A DNA stretch of 64,000 nucleotides from Terriglobia bacterium (GCA_963748015.1 CAVVHE010000004.1:160001-224000), one strand, 5' to 3'. Positions 8,295 to 18,120 are shown, counted from the stretch's first letter. Notes: generated by a model not told the origin, from the sequence alone. Translations and numbers: made by a program.

Positions 8295-9707
8295 ATGTCG
8301 CGAGAGCACGTTCACCTGATCGGCATCGGAGGCACCGGGATGGCGGCGCTCGCGGGGCTGCTCCACGAGAGCGGCTGCCGCGTGACCGGGTCGGACACGG
8401 AGCTCTACCCGCCCACCTCGACGCTCCTCGAATCCATGGGGCTCGAGATCCACAAGGGGTACGACGCGCGCCGGCTCGACACGGCCCCCGATCTCGTCGT
8501 CGTCGGGAACGCCGTGCGCCGGGGGAATCCCGAGGCCGAGGAGGTCCTCGACCGACGCCTCGAGCATGCGTCCATGCCTCAGGTTCTCGAGGAGAGGTTC
8601 CTGACCGGCCGTCATTCCATCGTGGTCGCCGGCACGCACGGCAAGACCACGGTGACCGCGATGATCGCTTGGGTGCTGCATCACGCGGGGCGCGATCCGG
8701 GATTCCTGGTCGGCGGCCTGCCGGCGAACTTCGACCGGCCCTACCGGCTCGGATCCGGCCCGGCGTTCGTCATCGAGGGGGACGAGTACGACACCGCCTT
8801 CTTCGACAAGGGGCCGAAGTTCATGCACTACCGCCCCGACACCGCGCTGGTCGGAACGGTGGAGTTCGACCACGCGGACATCTTCACGGACCTCGACCAG
8901 GTCAAGAAAGCGTTCCGTTGGCTCGTGAACATCGTCCCCCGGCGCGGCCTCGTCGTCCGCCACGAGGACTGCGAGATCACGCGCGAGGTGACCGCCGCGG
9001 CCCTCTCGCGAGTCGAGGGTTACGGCCTCCGCGAGGGGCGCTGGCGCGCGGAGGAGCTCGCAGCGACCCCGGAAGGGACCCGCTTCGCGGTTCTCCGTGA
9101 CGGGAGCGCTTTCGCGGACGTCTCGCTGCCGATGTTCGGGGAGTTCAACGTGAGGAACGCGCTGGCGGTCACGGCCGCGGCGGCCGAGCAAGGGCTCTCG
9201 GCGACGGAGATCGCTGCGGGCCTCGCGACGTTCCGTGGCGTCCGGCGACGCCTCGAGATTCGCGGCGAGGCGGACGGCATCACGGTGCTCGACGACTTCG
9301 CGCACCACCCGACGGCGATCGCGGAGACGCTGCGCGCCGTCGGCACCCGCTTCCCGGGCCGGAGGGTGTGGGCGGTGCTCGAGCCGCGCTCCTGGTCGCT
9401 GCGGCGAAACGTGTTCCAGGATCGCCTGCCGGCCTCGTTCGACGGCGCCGACGAGGTCGTCATCGCCGAGGTGTTCGGGGCCGATGCGCTTCCCGCGGCC
9501 GAGCGGCTCGATCCCGACCGGCTGGCCCGGGACCTCTCGGCGCGCGGGCTGCGGGCGCGATTCCTGCCGGGGGTGGACGCGATCGTGGCGTGTCTCGCCG
9601 CGGAGTCGCGGCCGGGCGACGTCGTCGCCGTCCTCAGCAACGGAGCTTTCGGCGGGATTCACGGCAAGCTCCTTGCCGCGCTCGAGAAGAGGGACAACCG
9701 CAAGTAG
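8295..9707 (+). CDS. mpl: UDP-MurNAc:L-Ala-gamma-D-Glu-meso-DAP ligase (murein peptide ligase)
   Basis: IGIGGTGM, GTHGKTT, EGDEYDTAFFDKGPKF, DDFAHHPTA, EPRS motifs. Confidence 0.93.
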   Translation: MSREHVHLIGIGGTGMAALAGLLHESGCRVTGSDTELYPPTSTLLESMGLEIHKGYDARRLDTAPDLVVVGNAVRRGNPEAEEVLDRRLEHASMPQVLEERFLTGRHSIVVAGTHGKTTVTAMIAWVLHHAGRDPGFLVGGLPANFDRPYRLGSGPAFVIEGDEYDTAFFDKGPKFMHYRPDTALVGTVEFDHADIFTDLDQVKKAFRWLVNIVPRRGLVVRHEDCEITREVTAAALSRVEGYGLREGRWRAEELAATPEGTRFAVLRDGSAFADVSLPMFGEFNVRNALAVTAAAAEQGLSATEIAAGLATFRGVRRRLEIRGEADGITVLDDFAHHPTAIAETLRAVGTRFPGRRVWAVLEPRSWSLRRNVFQDRLPASFDGADEVVIAEVFGADALPAAERLDPDRLARDLSARGLRARFLPGVDAIVACLAAESRPGDVVAVLSNGAFGGIHGKLLAALEKRDNRK

Positions 9708-9731
9708 CGGAGAGGACCGCTCGGGTTCCCC

Positions 9732-9763
9732 AAAAAAACAAGCCGGCGGCTCGTGCCGCCGGC
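9732..9763 (-). terminator. Rho-independent terminator of the minus-strand FecR/DUF6600-like gene
   Basis: GCCGGCGGC-TCGT-GCCGCCGGC hairpin flanked by an A7 run (U-tract on the minus strand). Confidence 0.75.
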
Positions 9764-9818
9764 CTGCTCCGACTACCGGATGAGGGGGGTGCCGGCGTCG
9801 GAATCTCCGGGATGCCGG

Positions 9819-11948
9819 CTACTTCCTGTCCTTCGGGCGAGCGTTTCCCGCCTGGCCGCCGCTGCGGGGAGCGGGGGACGCCTTCGGCTGCGAGCGCTCC
9901 ACGCGGGGGGCCTGGTGGCTCGGCGGCGCAACGCGCTCGACCCGGGGAGCGGCGCGGGTCTCGCGACGGTCCGGGGAAGGCGCTGCGGGACGTACTTCCC
10001 TGGCGCCCTCGCGGCGATCGGTCTCCCTCGGGCGCGCGAGCTGCTGGTACATGTCCCGGACGCGTTCACGCGTGTCGCGGCCGCGCTCCTCGCGGGGGGC
10101 GACCCGCGCCGGAGCCTCCGGGCTGCGGTAGCTCCGGCCGGGCTCCATGCCCGCTCCGGGCGCACCCCCCTGCCTCGCTCGCTCGTCCGCGCGCGGATCG
10201 CTGGCGATGCGGCGGGGGTAGCCTCCGTCGTCCGATCGGCTTCGCGCAGGGCTTCGTTCGGAGATCCCGGTCGTGGGCTGCTGGGATTCCGCGCTCCGGC
10301 TCCGCTGCCAGCGATCGGGCTCCGGCCGGCCGCTCTTCGGCGCCCGGTCACGCTCGACCGCCTGTCCTGCGGCGCCTCTCGCCGGCCCGCTCGAGCCCTC
10401 GCCCCCCTGCCCGAGAGCACGGGGCCTGCCCGTCGCATCGCGACTTCCGGCGGCGCCCGCCCTCGGGCTCTCGGGGACCGCGCCGGAGCGGTGCAGTCCC
10501 GGCGCGGCAGCGCGGGTGTCGGTGGGGGCGCCGGGCTTGGGCGTGCCCCGCGTGCGCTCGATCATCCGGTCCTCCAAGGCGCGGAACCGCGTGTCGGGGG
10601 CCCGGTCCTTCCCGATCGGACGGAGGCGCGCGCCGCGATCCTGCGACGCGTCTCGGGCCGCGGTCTCGCGAGAGGCGGGATCGCGAGCGAGCCGCCCCGG
10701 AGGCACTCTCGGCGGACGGGTCACGACCGGGGTGGTCTGCAGGTCGTGGCCGACGCGGTCGAGGGGCACCGCGTAGTGCCCGTAATCGTGTCCGTGGAAG
10801 TGGTCGTAGCCGACGAACGTCCAGCAGTGCGGGTCGTAGTAGCCGTACCAGGGGGTGCCGTAGTAGGCCGGACCTCCCCAGTAGTCGAGCGGCGCCCAGC
10901 CGACGTACGCGGAGCCCCAGGACCACGCGACCCACGCCCCGCCGAACACCCGCCCCGGAGCCCAGCACCACCCGAAACCGATCATCCAGCTCCAGCGCCC
11001 GTAGTGGTACGGCGCCCAGCCCCAAGGCTCGTTCCCGACCCAGAAGTAACCGCCGGGCCCGTAGTCCCAGTAGCCGTCGGTGTAGGGCCGCCAGCCGGGG
11101 GCGACGTCGTACGGGTACCACACCCACCCGTAGTCCGGCGCGTTGACCCAGCGGCCGTTCGCGGACAACTCGCCGTAGTAAGGCCGGACCTCGTTGGGAA
11201 CCGCGTCGTAGGCCCCGCTCGAATCGTTGCCCGCGGACCCCGCGTAGCGGTCCCGAACGCGGTAGGCGTCGTCCCGCTGGTCGCAGAAGCGATCGAACGC
11301 ATCCGAGGCGAAGGTGTTGAACGCGCGCGGCTCGGACGGAACCGATCCCGGATCGACCGACGTGCGCATGCCGCCGCGAACCAGGACCGAGCCGCCGTCC
11401 CCCACGACCTCGACGACGCCGCGGTGCGACAGCACGCGGGTCGAGCCGTTGCCGTCCACGTCCACGCGAACGTCACCGTTGTCCAGGAGGTAGACGGATG
11501 CCGAGGGAGTGTCGATCCGGAAGCTGGCCTTGTCGCCGATCTCCGAGATCACCCGGACGGCGCCCGACGCGAGGCGGAGGACCGTGTTGTCCTGATAGGC
11601 CGCCCCGGGACGCGGAAGGGACAGGTAGGTCAGCTCGCCGTTGTCGTCCTGGCGGATCAGCGAGCCGCCGGCGAGCTGGACCTCGACCCTCTGGCCGCGA
11701 GCCGTCCGGACGGTATCGCCGGGGAACACGGGAGCGTTGACCGTCGCGCTCGCGTCGCCGGGCCGTCCGCCCTCGTCCGCCCTGGCGCGCACGACCGTCG
11801 CTCCGTTCTCGGAGTAGCGGACCCGGCCGTAGTCGCCCTGCCGGTAGTCGTCGCCGTAGGCGTCCGGGTTCTCGGCCTGGGCGAGCGCCGGGGGAGGGGT
11901 CAGAAGGAGCGCCGCGGCGAAGGTGAGAGCGAAACCGGCGCGTTTCAT
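9819..11948 (-). CDS. Exported FecR-domain / DUF6600-like protein with long disordered Pro/Arg-rich tail
   Basis: Signal peptide MKRAGFALTFAAALLL...ALA after GGAGG RBS; FecR-like beta region; W/Y/G-rich 'WRPY..GYW...WGWAPYHYGRW' region. Confidence 0.85.
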   Translation of the reverse strand: MKRAGFALTFAAALLLTPPPALAQAENPDAYGDDYRQGDYGRVRYSENGATVVRARADEGGRPGDASATVNAPVFPGDTVRTARGQRVEVQLAGGSLIRQDDNGELTYLSLPRPGAAYQDNTVLRLASGAVRVISEIGDKASFRIDTPSASVYLLDNGDVRVDVDGNGSTRVLSHRGVVEVVGDGGSVLVRGGMRTSVDPGSVPSEPRAFNTFASDAFDRFCDQRDDAYRVRDRYAGSAGNDSSGAYDAVPNEVRPYYGELSANGRWVNAPDYGWVWYPYDVAPGWRPYTDGYWDYGPGGYFWVGNEPWGWAPYHYGRWSWMIGFGWCWAPGRVFGGAWVAWSWGSAYVGWAPLDYWGGPAYYGTPWYGYYDPHCWTFVGYDHFHGHDYGHYAVPLDRVGHDLQTTPVVTRPPRVPPGRLARDPASRETAARDASQDRGARLRPIGKDRAPDTRFRALEDRMIERTRGTPKPGAPTDTRAAAPGLHRSGAVPESPRAGAAGSRDATGRPRALGQGGEGSSGPARGAAGQAVERDRAPKSGRPEPDRWQRSRSAESQQPTTGISERSPARSRSDDGGYPRRIASDPRADERARQGGAPGAGMEPGRSYRSPEAPARVAPREERGRDTRERVRDMYQQLARPRETDRREGAREVRPAAPSPDRRETRAAPRVERVAPPSHQAPRVERSQPKASPAPRSGGQAGNARPKDRK

Positions 11949-12000
11949 CGTGACCTCCCCGGCGGATTGAGTTCGACCGCCGTCCTGCGCCCTCATGGAT

Positions 12001-12016
12001 TGCAGCCTCCGTGCCA
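12001..12016 (-). promoter_or_regulatory. Putative sigma54 (-24/-12) promoter
   Basis: TGGCACGGAGGCTGCA on the minus strand, ~50 nt upstream of ATG 11948; IHF-like ATCAAcgacTT just upstream. Confidence 0.65.
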
Positions 12017-12184
12017 TGCCCGGAAGCCTGAAAGTCGTTGATCCCGATAGACTTGACGCGAGCGGCGGATCCGCGGAATGTCACCACGGGGCCGGCCGAC
12101 GTCCTCCCGCGCGGACACTCCGGGGCCGCTCATCCGTTCGGAGTTCGTGCGCGGCGCGGCTTGACCCAGGTGGGCCTCGCTCGC

Positions 12185-12213
12185 TTGACGCTCCCCGTGG
12201 CCGATGGTAATTT
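12185..12213 (+). promoter_or_regulatory. Putative sigma70 promoter of def-fmt
   Basis: TTGACG-17 nt-TAATTT with extended TG. Confidence 0.6.
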
Positions 12214-12264
12214 CGAATCGACGCAACCGGCAGAAAAGTCAGGTGCTTTCGCTGGAAAGGGCCG

Positions 12265-12798
12265 ATGATGGCGGTGCGACCGATCGTTCTCTACCCGGAC
12301 CCCGTCCTCCTCCAGCCGACCCGCCGGGTCGAGGAGATCACGGACGAGATCCGTGTCCTCGTACGGGACATGGTGGACAGCATGTACGACGCCCCCGGGG
12401 TGGGGCTCGCAGCGAACCAGGTCGGAGCGCCGTGGCGCCTCCTGGTCGTCGATCTGACCGTCGGGGAGAAGCCCGACGAGGTCAAGGTCCTCGTCAACCC
12501 GGAGATCGAGTTCGTCGAGGGGAGCCAGTTCGGCGAGGAGGGCTGCCTCTCGTTTCCGGGCATCACTCTCGAGATCGAGCGGCCCTTCCGCGCCGGGGTC
12601 GCGGCACGCGACCTCGACGGGAACCCGGTGGAGCTTGCCGGAGAGGGTCTCATGGCCAGGGCACTCCTGCACGAGATCGAGCACCTCGACGGCGAGACCT
12701 TCCTTCGCAACGTATCGCCGCTCAAACGCGAGCTGGTGAAGCGGCAGATCCGCAAGCGAATGAAAACGGGAGACTGGGTCGCCGCGGCGGCGACGTGA
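12265..12798 (+). CDS. def: Peptide deformylase
   Basis: GVGLAANQ, EGCLS, HEIEH motifs. Confidence 0.97.
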   Translation: MMAVRPIVLYPDPVLLQPTRRVEEITDEIRVLVRDMVDSMYDAPGVGLAANQVGAPWRLLVVDLTVGEKPDEVKVLVNPEIEFVEGSQFGEEGCLSFPGITLEIERPFRAGVAARDLDGNPVELAGEGLMARALLHEIEHLDGETFLRNVSPLKRELVKRQIRKRMKTGDWVAAAAT

Positions 12799-13742
12799 GA
12801 ATCGTCTTCCTGGGAACGCCCGACAGCGCCATCCCGCCCCTTACGGCCCTCCTGTCCGCGGGCCACCTCGTTTCCCTCGTCGTCACGCAGCCCGACCGCC
12901 CCGCCGGACGATCCGGCTCGCCCCGCCCGCCCGCGGTGAAGTCCGCCGCTCTCCGCGAGGGGCTCCCGGTGATCCAGCCCGCGAAGGTGCGGGTGCCCGA
13001 GTTCCGCGACTCCATCGCGGCCGAGCAGCCGGACGCGCTCGTCGTGGTCGCATACGGACGGATCCTGCCCGAGTCGGTGCTCGCCGTCGCCCGGCTCGGC
13101 GCGGTCAACCTCCACTTCTCGCTCCTTCCCCGCCATCGCGGCGCGGCCCCGGTGCAGTGGGCGATCGCGAGCGGCGACGGCGTCACCGGCGTGACGACGA
13201 TGCGGATGAACGCGAGGATGGACGAGGGCGACCTGCTGCTGCAGCGCGAGGTCCCCGTCGAGCCCGGCGAGCACGCGCCGCCGCTCACCGCGCGGCTCGC
13301 CGCGGTGGGGGCGGGGCTGCTCGTCGAGACGCTCTCCGGCCTCGCGCGCGGCACGATCGCCCCGCGCCCGCAGGATCCCGCGCTCGCCACCTACGCGCGG
13401 CCCCTCGCTCCGGCGGACGGGCACGCCGATCCGTCCGCTCCCGCGGGGACGATCGAGCGTCTCGTCCGAGCCTTCGATCCCTGGCCCGGCGTATGGCTGC
13501 GGCGGGCCGGAAGGCGAATCCGGATCGTGGACGCCCGGGCGATCGACGGCCTTTCCCACGCCGGCCCCGCGGGCACGTTGACCGGCCTCGAATCCGGCGG
13601 TCTCGGAATGGCGTGCGGCGGCGGCACCCTGCTGGCCATCCGGGAGCTTCAACCGGAGGGGCGCCGCGTCATGAGCGCGCGCGACGCCCTGAACGGCCGC
13701 CACCTCGAACCCGGCGACCGCCTGGAACGTATCTATTCCTGA
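12795..13742 (+). CDS. fmt: Methionyl-tRNA formyltransferase
   Basis: RIVFLGTP, VVTQPDRP, NLHFSLLPRHRGAAP; GTGA overlap with def. Confidence 0.96.
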   Translation: MRIVFLGTPDSAIPPLTALLSAGHLVSLVVTQPDRPAGRSGSPRPPAVKSAALREGLPVIQPAKVRVPEFRDSIAAEQPDALVVVAYGRILPESVLAVARLGAVNLHFSLLPRHRGAAPVQWAIASGDGVTGVTTMRMNARMDEGDLLLQREVPVEPGEHAPPLTARLAAVGAGLLVETLSGLARGTIAPRPQDPALATYARPLAPADGHADPSAPAGTIERLVRAFDPWPGVWLRRAGRRIRIVDARAIDGLSHAGPAGTLTGLESGGLGMACGGGTLLAIRELQPEGRRVMSARDALNGRHLEPGDRLERIYS

Positions 13743-13760
13743 CCGCGAAGGCCAACATGC

Positions 13761-13850
13761 CGGGGTCGGACGTTACGAGCGTTACATCTCCTCGACCGCT
13801 CGCCATGCCGTGGCGGTGCGGAGATGTAACGCTCGTAACGTCCGACCCCG
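13761..13850. repeat. REPIN-like palindrome (31-bp perfect inverted arms)
   Basis: CGGGGTCGGACGTTACGAGCGTTACATCTCC (13761-13791) is exactly inverted at 13820-13850. Confidence 0.85.
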
Positions 13851-13916
13851 TACCATCTCCCTTCCGGCCGCTGTAGAATCGGGCTTCCAGTTTCCCGAAC
13901 TCGAGGAGGTTTCGCG

Positions 13917-14519
13917 ATGAAAGGTTGGATCGGCTGCGGCGTCGTCGCGCTCGTGTTGATCGTGGTCGCCCTCGGCGTCGTCGGCTGGGGCGTCGGGGTC
14001 TACAACGGGCTGGTTCGACAGCAGGTCGCCGTGGACACGGCATGGGCGCAGGTCCAGAACGTCTACCAGCGGCGCATCGACTTGATCCCGAACCTCGTCG
14101 AGACGGTCAAGGGGGCCGCGAACTTCGAGAAGAGCACGTTCACCGAGGTCACCGAGGCGCGGGCCAAGGCGTCGCAGACGACGCTTTCCCCGCAGATCCT
14201 CGACGACCCGGCGAAGTTCCGTCAGTTCCAGCAGGCCCAGGGAGAGCTTTCCGGCGCTCTCTCGCGGCTGCTCGTGACGGTCGAGAACTACCCGCAGCTG
14301 ACCGCCAGCCAGAACTTCCGCGAGCTGCAGAGCCAGCTAGAGGGTAGCGAGAACCGGATCGCCGTCGAGCGGCGCAACTTCAACCAGGCGGTGCAGGGTT
14401 ACAACACCGCGATCCGCGTGTTCCCGGGGTCCCTCGTGGCCGGGTTCTTCCGGTTCGGGCCCAAGGCCTTGTTCGAGGCGGAGGCCGGGGCGGACAAGGC
14501 CCCGAAGGTGAAGTTCTGA
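13917..14519 (+). CDS. lemA: LemA family protein
   Basis: YNGLV...YQRRIDLIPNLVETVKG, ENYPQL, ENRIAVERR motifs. Confidence 0.95.
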   Translation: MKGWIGCGVVALVLIVVALGVVGWGVGVYNGLVRQQVAVDTAWAQVQNVYQRRIDLIPNLVETVKGAANFEKSTFTEVTEARAKASQTTLSPQILDDPAKFRQFQQAQGELSGALSRLLVTVENYPQLTASQNFRELQSQLEGSENRIAVERRNFNQAVQGYNTAIRVFPGSLVAGFFRFGPKALFEAEAGADKAPKVKF

Positions 14520-14544
14520 GCCGCCACGAGGGGTCTGAGCGGCC

Positions 14545-15303
14545 ATGAGCCGGAAAGGCCGGTCGCGAGGTTTCCTCCTGGCCGCGATCGCCCTGGCGGC
14601 GGCCGGGGCTTTCGCTCGGGCCCACGCGCTCGAGATGCCGGCCGCGCCCTCGTCGCGCGTGAACGACTACGCGGGAATCGTGGATTCCGCGTCTCGGGGC
14701 AGGATCGACGCCCTGCTCGCCGACTACGAGCGCGAGTCCACGAACCAGATCGCCGTCGCGGTGTTCCCCTCGCTCGAGGGCGAAGACCTCGAGGACTTCT
14801 CGAACCGCCTCTTCGAGCGCTGGAAGCTCGGCCAGAAGGACAAGAACAACGGAATCCTCCTCGCGATCTTCCTGCGCGAGCGGCGCGCGCGCATCGAGGT
14901 GGGGTACGGCCTCGAGGGAAGGCTGACCGACGCGATCTCGAGCGACATCCTCGCGGACGTTCTGGCGAAGCGCTTCCGCCAGCGGGACTATTCCGGCGGG
15001 ATCGAGGCGGCCTGCCGCGCGATGATCGCCGCTACGGAAGGGGAGTACCGGGCGGCGCCGCGGCGGCACGGCAAGCCGCGCTGGGTCCCGCTCGCCTACG
15101 TCGCCCTCATCCTGATCGCCGCGCTGATCTCGGCGGCGCGCCGGTCCTCGCTCGGAGGCCGCCCGCGCGGACGGGGCTTCCGGTCTTCGGGGCCGTTCTA
15201 CGGGGGCGGCGGAGGGTTCGGCGGGGGCGGCTTCTCGGGCGGGGGCGGTTTCTCGGGAGGCGGGGGATTCTCCGGCGGGGGAGGCGCGTCCGGCGGCTGG
15301 TGA
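14545..15303 (+). CDS. TPM-domain (YgcG-like) protein with Gly-rich tail
   Basis: RVNDYAG, RIEVGYGLEG.LTD, GGGGFS-repeat tail ending GASGGW; follows lemA. Confidence 0.92.
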   Translation: MSRKGRSRGFLLAAIALAAAGAFARAHALEMPAAPSSRVNDYAGIVDSASRGRIDALLADYERESTNQIAVAVFPSLEGEDLEDFSNRLFERWKLGQKDKNNGILLAIFLRERRARIEVGYGLEGRLTDAISSDILADVLAKRFRQRDYSGGIEAACRAMIAATEGEYRAAPRRHGKPRWVPLAYVALILIAALISAARRSSLGGRPRGRGFRSSGPFYGGGGGFGGGGFSGGGGFSGGGGFSGGGGASGGW

Positions 15304-15369
15304 TCGGCGCACTCGCGGCGGGAGCGGGTCCGAGAAACTATAATGCCGGCGCTCGATCGGAGAACGCGG

Positions 15370-16116
15370 ATGGGCGATGGCGAGGGGAGCTGGCTGGGAA
15401 GGGCCGGCGTCCTGGCGGCGTGGATTCTGGGCGGCGGGCTGCTCGTGGCGGCCGTCGCGGTCGTGTCGTTCTTCGCCGTGATGAAGCTCGAGTCGCGCTC
15501 CACGCAGGTGACCGTGCCGGACGTCTGTGGGGCGGGCCGCCAGGACGCCGAGCGCCTCGCGGCCGAGAGCGGACTCGTGGTCGAGGTGGCCCAGGAGCGG
15601 CACGACGCCCAGCTGCCGAGCGGGAAGATCCTGCAGCAGGAGCCGCCGGCGGGAGCGTCGGTGCGAAAGGGGCGCAAGATCAAGGTCGTGATGAGCCTCG
15701 GCGGGGAAGTCCTCGAGGTGCCCGACCTCGTGGGGAAGACGGACCGCCAGATGATGATCGCGCTGCAGCGAGACGGGTTCGTCGCGGGGGACGAGGCCGT
15801 GATCCCGTTCGCGGAGGCGCCCGCGGGGACGATCATCGCCCAGTCGCCGCCGCCCGCGAGCCTCGCGGTTCCCGGGATGCGGCTCCACCGGCTCGTCTCC
15901 GGCGGCGCGCCGCAGGCCTACTGGGTGATGCCGGACCTCACGGGCCGGCCGCTCGCGCGGGCCGAGGCGTGGCTCGCGACGTGCGGGTTCCGGAAGGGGA
16001 CGGTGCGGAGGGTGGACACGTCGGATCGACCTTCCGGAACGGTGGTGGGCCAGCTTCCCGCGGGAGGCTATCCTGTCTCGGCCCGTGACGCGGTGGATCT
16101 CACCGTGGCGCGCTGA
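15370..16116 (+). CDS. PASTA-domain membrane protein
   Basis: N-terminal TM and three VPD/MPD...Q.P..G PASTA repeats; TATAAT upstream. Confidence 0.88.
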   Translation: MGDGEGSWLGRAGVLAAWILGGGLLVAAVAVVSFFAVMKLESRSTQVTVPDVCGAGRQDAERLAAESGLVVEVAQERHDAQLPSGKILQQEPPAGASVRKGRKIKVVMSLGGEVLEVPDLVGKTDRQMMIALQRDGFVAGDEAVIPFAEAPAGTIIAQSPPPASLAVPGMRLHRLVSGGAPQAYWVMPDLTGRPLARAEAWLATCGFRKGTVRRVDTSDRPSGTVVGQLPAGGYPVSARDAVDLTVAR

Positions 16117-16135
16117 GGCGCGGAGGCGAGCGGTC

Positions 16136-16819
16136 GTGACGGCTCTACTTGCACCATCCATCCTCTCGGCGGACTTCGGACGCCTGGCGGAGGAGATCCG
16201 CGAGGCGGAAGCGGGCGGCGCCGGGCTCGTCCACGTGGACGTGATGGACGGGCGCTTCGTGCCGAACCTCACCGTCGGACCGGCGGTGGTCTCGGCGGTG
16301 CGCCGCGCGACGGAGCTTCCGGTCGACTGCCACCTGATGATCGAGGATCCCGACCGGCATCTCGAGGCGTTCGCCCGCGCCGGGGCGGGCATGATCTCGG
16401 TGCACGTCGAGGTGGTGCGGCACCTGCATCGCACGGTGCAGGCGATCCGCGACCTCGGGGCCGAGGCGGGAGTGGTGCTCAACCCCGCGACCCCGCTGGC
16501 GAGTCTCGACGAGATCCTGCCGTTCGCGGACTTCGTCCTGATCATGTCGGTCAACCCCGGTTTCGGAGGTCAGGCGTTCATCCCGACGTCCCTGCCGAAG
16601 ATCCGGAATCTCAGGGAGCGGATCCGTCGCGCGGGCCTCGCGACGAGGATCGAGGTGGACGGGGGCGTGACGCTCGAGAACCTCGACGACGTGGTCCTGG
16701 CCGGCGCGGACCTGGTCGTGGCCGGGAGCGCGGTGTTCGGAGGCGGATCGCCCCGGGAGAACGCCCGGAAGATGGCGGCCCGCCTCGCCATCCTCGCGGA
16801 ACATGGCGCCGCGCGCTGA
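16136..16819 (+). CDS. rpe: Ribulose-phosphate 3-epimerase
   Basis: APSILSADF, HVDVMDGRFVPN, MSVNPGFGGQ, EVDGG motifs. Confidence 0.97.
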   Translation: MTALLAPSILSADFGRLAEEIREAEAGGAGLVHVDVMDGRFVPNLTVGPAVVSAVRRATELPVDCHLMIEDPDRHLEAFARAGAGMISVHVEVVRHLHRTVQAIRDLGAEAGVVLNPATPLASLDEILPFADFVLIMSVNPGFGGQAFIPTSLPKIRNLRERIRRAGLATRIEVDGGVTLENLDDVVLAGADLVVAGSAVFGGGSPRENARKMAARLAILAEHGAAR

Positions 16820-17249
16820 AGAGGGAGCGCTCCGGATCGGTCGCACGACGACCCGGGTCCGCTACCCCGAGACCGACCGGATGGGCGTGGCCCATCACAC
16901 GCACTTTCTGGTGTGGTTCGAGCTGGGGAGGACGGAGTTGATGCGCGATCTGGGATGCCCGTACGCCGAGGTCGAGGACCGCGACGGGATTCTCTTCCCG
17001 GTCGCGGAGGCGGGTGCGCGCTACCACGCCCCGGCGCGCTACGACGAGCTCCTCGAGATCACGACCCGGCTCGTGATCGCGCACGGTGCCCGCGTCCGGT
17101 TCGAGTACGAGATCGCCCGGATGCGGGACGGGGAGCGGATCGCGTCCGGCTTCACGGTGCATGCGTCGGTCGGCCGGGACGGCCGGCCGCGTAGACTGCC
17201 GAAGGAGCTCGGCGCTCGTCTCACCGGCCAGGGGAGCGGCCGTACATGA
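16803..17249 (+). CDS. YbgC/FadM-family acyl-CoA thioesterase
   Basis: RVRYPETDRMGVAHH...FELGRTE hotdog-fold signature. Confidence 0.9.
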   Translation: MAPRAEEGALRIGRTTTRVRYPETDRMGVAHHTHFLVWFELGRTELMRDLGCPYAEVEDRDGILFPVAEAGARYHAPARYDELLEITTRLVIAHGARVRFEYEIARMRDGERIASGFTVHASVGRDGRPRRLPKELGARLTGQGSGRT

Positions 17250-18074
17250 GCTCGTCGCGAGGCCGCAGTCGTCGTCGTCTGTCTTCTCGCCGTGCTGGCG
17301 GTGGGGGCGGCCGGATGCGGCGCCCACCACAAGGCGGCGAAGGGGAGGGGGCTCGCTCCCGGCGAGGAGCTGTACGCGCAGGCGATGGCGGAGCTGGAGC
17401 ATCGCAAGCTGTCGAAGGCGAAGTCGCTTCTCGAGAGCATCCAGTTCACCTCCGAGAACCGCTCCGCCCTCGAGCCCCTGGTCAGGGTCGCCCTGGCCGA
17501 CACCCTGTTCTTCACGGGCGACTCGATCTCGCTGATCGACGCCAGGTCGAAGTACATCGAGTTCGCCACGCTCTACGGCGACCACCCCAGGGCCCCGTAC
17601 GCGCAGTTCCAGACGGGAGTCTGCTCCTTGGCCGAGATCAGCGGCCCGAGCCGCGACCAGTCGCAGACCCGTGTCGCCATCACGGACTTCCAGGACGTCG
17701 AGAGGCGCTACCCGGACTCGCCCTACGCTCCCGCGGCGCGAGCGATGCTGGAGATCGCGGAGCGGAATCTCGCGGAGCACGAGTACCAGGTCGGCCGCTT
17801 CTACATGCAGCGCAAGGCGTACTTCGCGGCCGCGGAGCGGTTTCGGGGGATCCTCGACAACTACCCTCGTTACTCGGAAAAGCAGAAGGTGTACCTCGAT
17901 CTCGGGCGCGCCCTGATCCTTACGAAGAACAGCGTCGAGGGGACGATCTACCTCGACAAGCTGGTCACCGACTATCCCTCCGACCCCCGCGCCGCCGAGG
18001 CGCGCAGGCTGCTGGCGAGCGTGGGAGGCGGCGCGGGCACCGGCGTCAAGGCCGGCGAGTCCCCTCCGCGCTAG
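17246..18074 (+). CDS. bamD: Outer membrane assembly lipoprotein BamD (start anomalous, see findings)
   Basis: Lipobox AAGC, TPR repeats, RDQSQT, LAEHEYQVGRFY. Main frame is open from 17250; the ATG at 17246 is one base out of frame. Confidence 0.88.
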
Positions 18075-18120
18075 TTCGTCTCGCCGCGAACCGTAGCCCC
18101 AGCTCGGTCCGCGAGGCGGC

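Noticed and set aside
15200..15300. Tandem GGCGGGGG.TTCTC repeats
   Set aside because: They encode the ordinary GGGGFS tail of TPM-domain proteins.
17247..17249. Selenocysteine recoding of the TGA between the thioesterase and bamD
   Set aside because: Not a redox-active Cys position and no evident SECIS hairpin.
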